Source: Vicinamibacterales bacterium | GTDB lineage: Bacteria > Acidobacteriota > Vicinamibacteria > Vicinamibacterales > UBA8438 | NCBI GenBank assembly: GCA_963663195.1 | Contig: OY760136.1 | Coordinates: 4,478,765-4,542,764 of the forward strand | Length of the DNA: 64,000 nt | Direction of reading: 5' to 3' | Shown here: piece after piece, positions 62,982 to 64,000 of the stretch | How the letters are laid out: each line of letters starts with the position of its first letter | Position numbering within the stretch: position 1 is the first letter of the stretch | The notes under the pieces: model-generated | What the model was told of the DNA's origin: nothing | The model's input: the letters and a program-made list of their open reading frames with translations, nothing else | The model's database searches: none | Made by a program: the position numbers and the translations under genes

Positions 62982-63769
62982 TGCGTCACCAGTCCCTTCA
63001 GGGTCACGAGATACGCCAGCAGGTCCGCCAGCTCCGGCTCGCTCAGCGTCCCGGCGTACGACGGCATGGGCGACGTCTCGAGCGCCGTCAGCTCCCGCAG
63101 GTCCGCCTTGTCGAGGGACACCAGGCGCTCCCGCGCGTCGAAGATCTGCACCGTGTAGGTGTCCTCGTTGAGCCGCCGGCCGGTGATCACCTCGCCGCCG
63201 CGCGTGACCGCGCGCAGCGGGCGGTTCAAGGGCAGCATGGAGCCGCTCGGGTCGAGCAGGGTCTCGCGCATCGAGCCCGCCCCCCGGACGGCGCCGATGG
63301 ACGTCAGGTCGGGCGCCAGCCTGGAGCCGCGGCCGGCCACGCGGTGGCAGCGCGCGCAGTCGCCCTTGCCCTCGAAGATGGCCCGTCCGCGCGCGGCGTC
63401 GCCCAGCGTCACGACGCCGCCGTCGTAGTCGCGCATGGTGCGGACGTAGGCGACCAGGGCCACCAGGTCGGCGCCGGAATAGGCGCCCGGCGGCATGCCG
63501 GTGCCGGGGATGCCGCGCGTGATGACGCGGCGCAGGTTCTGGTCGGTCGTGGCCTGGCGGAACTGGCCGGCCATGAGGTTGACGCCGGATACGCCGTCGC
63601 CCTCCGAGCCGTGGCAGTTGGAGCAGAACTCGTCGTAGAGCTGCGCGCCGCGCTCGATGTCGGCGCGCTCGTACTCCACCGGATGATCCTGCGCCGGCGC
63701 GGGCGCGGCGCCGAGCGCGGACGCGCCGGCCACCATCGCCGCCGCCAGCCGCAGGAGCCGGAATCGCAT
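62978..63769 (-). CDS. Exported di-heme c-type cytochrome
   Basis: Signal peptide, CSNCH and CARCH motifs, GIPGTGMP, APDLTSIG, SPMP; translationally coupled to the PQQ gene. Confidence 0.88.
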   Translation of the reverse strand: MRFRLLRLAAAMVAGASALGAAPAPAQDHPVEYERADIERGAQLYDEFCSNCHGSEGDGVSGVNLMAGQFRQATTDQNLRRVITRGIPGTGMPPGAYSGADLVALVAYVRTMRDYDGGVVTLGDAARGRAIFEGKGDCARCHRVAGRGSRLAPDLTSIGAVRGAGSMRETLLDPSGSMLPLNRPLRAVTRGGEVITGRRLNEDTYTVQIFDARERLVSLDKADLRELTALETSPMPSYAGTLSEPELADLLAYLVTLKGLVTQ

Positions 63770-63785
63770 CCACAAACTGAACGCG

Positions 63786-63814
63786 ATTATTGTGCCGCGC
63801 CGAACGGCTGTCAA
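63786..63814 (-). promoter_or_regulatory. Sigma70-type promoter for the cytochrome c-PQQ operon
   Basis: TTGACA-N17-AATAAT on the minus strand, 16 nt upstream of ATG 63769. Confidence 0.55.
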
Positions 63815-63901
63815 TGCGCGCCGGCGGCCGCGCGCGCCGCCTTACAATACCGCTCGATACCGGATCATCAACCCGTCGTTCCCCACAGCGGAGGTGCTGA
63901 C

Positions 63902-64000
63902 ATGCGGAAATCCCATAACTTGATCGCGTTCGGACTGCTCGGCGTGCTGGCCGTGGCCGGCTGGAGCCAGACCGCGGGCAGCGCCCAGCAGGGGTTCACG
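63902..64000 (+). CDS. 5' fragment of an exported protein (runs off the window)
   Basis: GGAGGT RBS, MRKSHNLIAFGLLGVLAVAGWSQTAGSAQQGFT signal-peptide-like sequence, TACAAT upstream. Confidence 0.6.
   Translation, partial: MRKSHNLIAFGLLGVLAVAGWSQTAGSAQQGFT

Noticed and set aside
59529-63158. 1209 aa + strand ORF, and similar long ORFs such as 12808..15111, 34091..35914 and 50564..52612
   Set aside because: Antisense shadows of well-supported genes; long stop-free frames are expected at this GC content and they show no motifs

Overview
High-GC bacterial chromosome segment. Gene content suggests Acidobacteriota, probably class Vicinamibacteria (inference; no marker rRNA in the window). About 1-42.2 kb is mostly housekeeping: an ECF sigma/ZAS anti-sigma/TlpA module with a perfect GGAAT-N18-GTT promoter, a metallopeptidase-propeller-Omp85 fusion, nuoI-nuoB-ferredoxin, lipA, lpdA, korAB, an AAA+/vWA pair, ypdA, folE, tsaD, mtnA, a CNT transporter, an M14 peptidase, mreBCD-mrdA-rodA-rng, ppiD and sppA. 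After tRNA-Leu(CAG) at 42.2 kb the window is dominated by exported proteins: four of five paralogs of an uncharacterised secreted family (invariant RC, EMxH and EYACHEGNY motifs), a DUF6152-like protein whose predicted mature N-terminus is His-His, an MxaC/BatA-like vWA protein, an NCS2 permease fused to a degenerate RsbW-like domain, three PQQ-type dehydrogenases with DxD motifs, a di-heme cytochrome c and a Phd-VapC toxin-antitoxin pair. The best novelty candidates are (i) the EYACHEGNY family plus His-His partner as a possible undescribed periplasmic metal/redox system and (ii) a ~425 bp highly structured non-coding element between lipA and lpdA, whose 5' end recurs next to the tRNA. All calls come from reading motifs by eye; no searches were run, and several start codons were re-chosen by hand.
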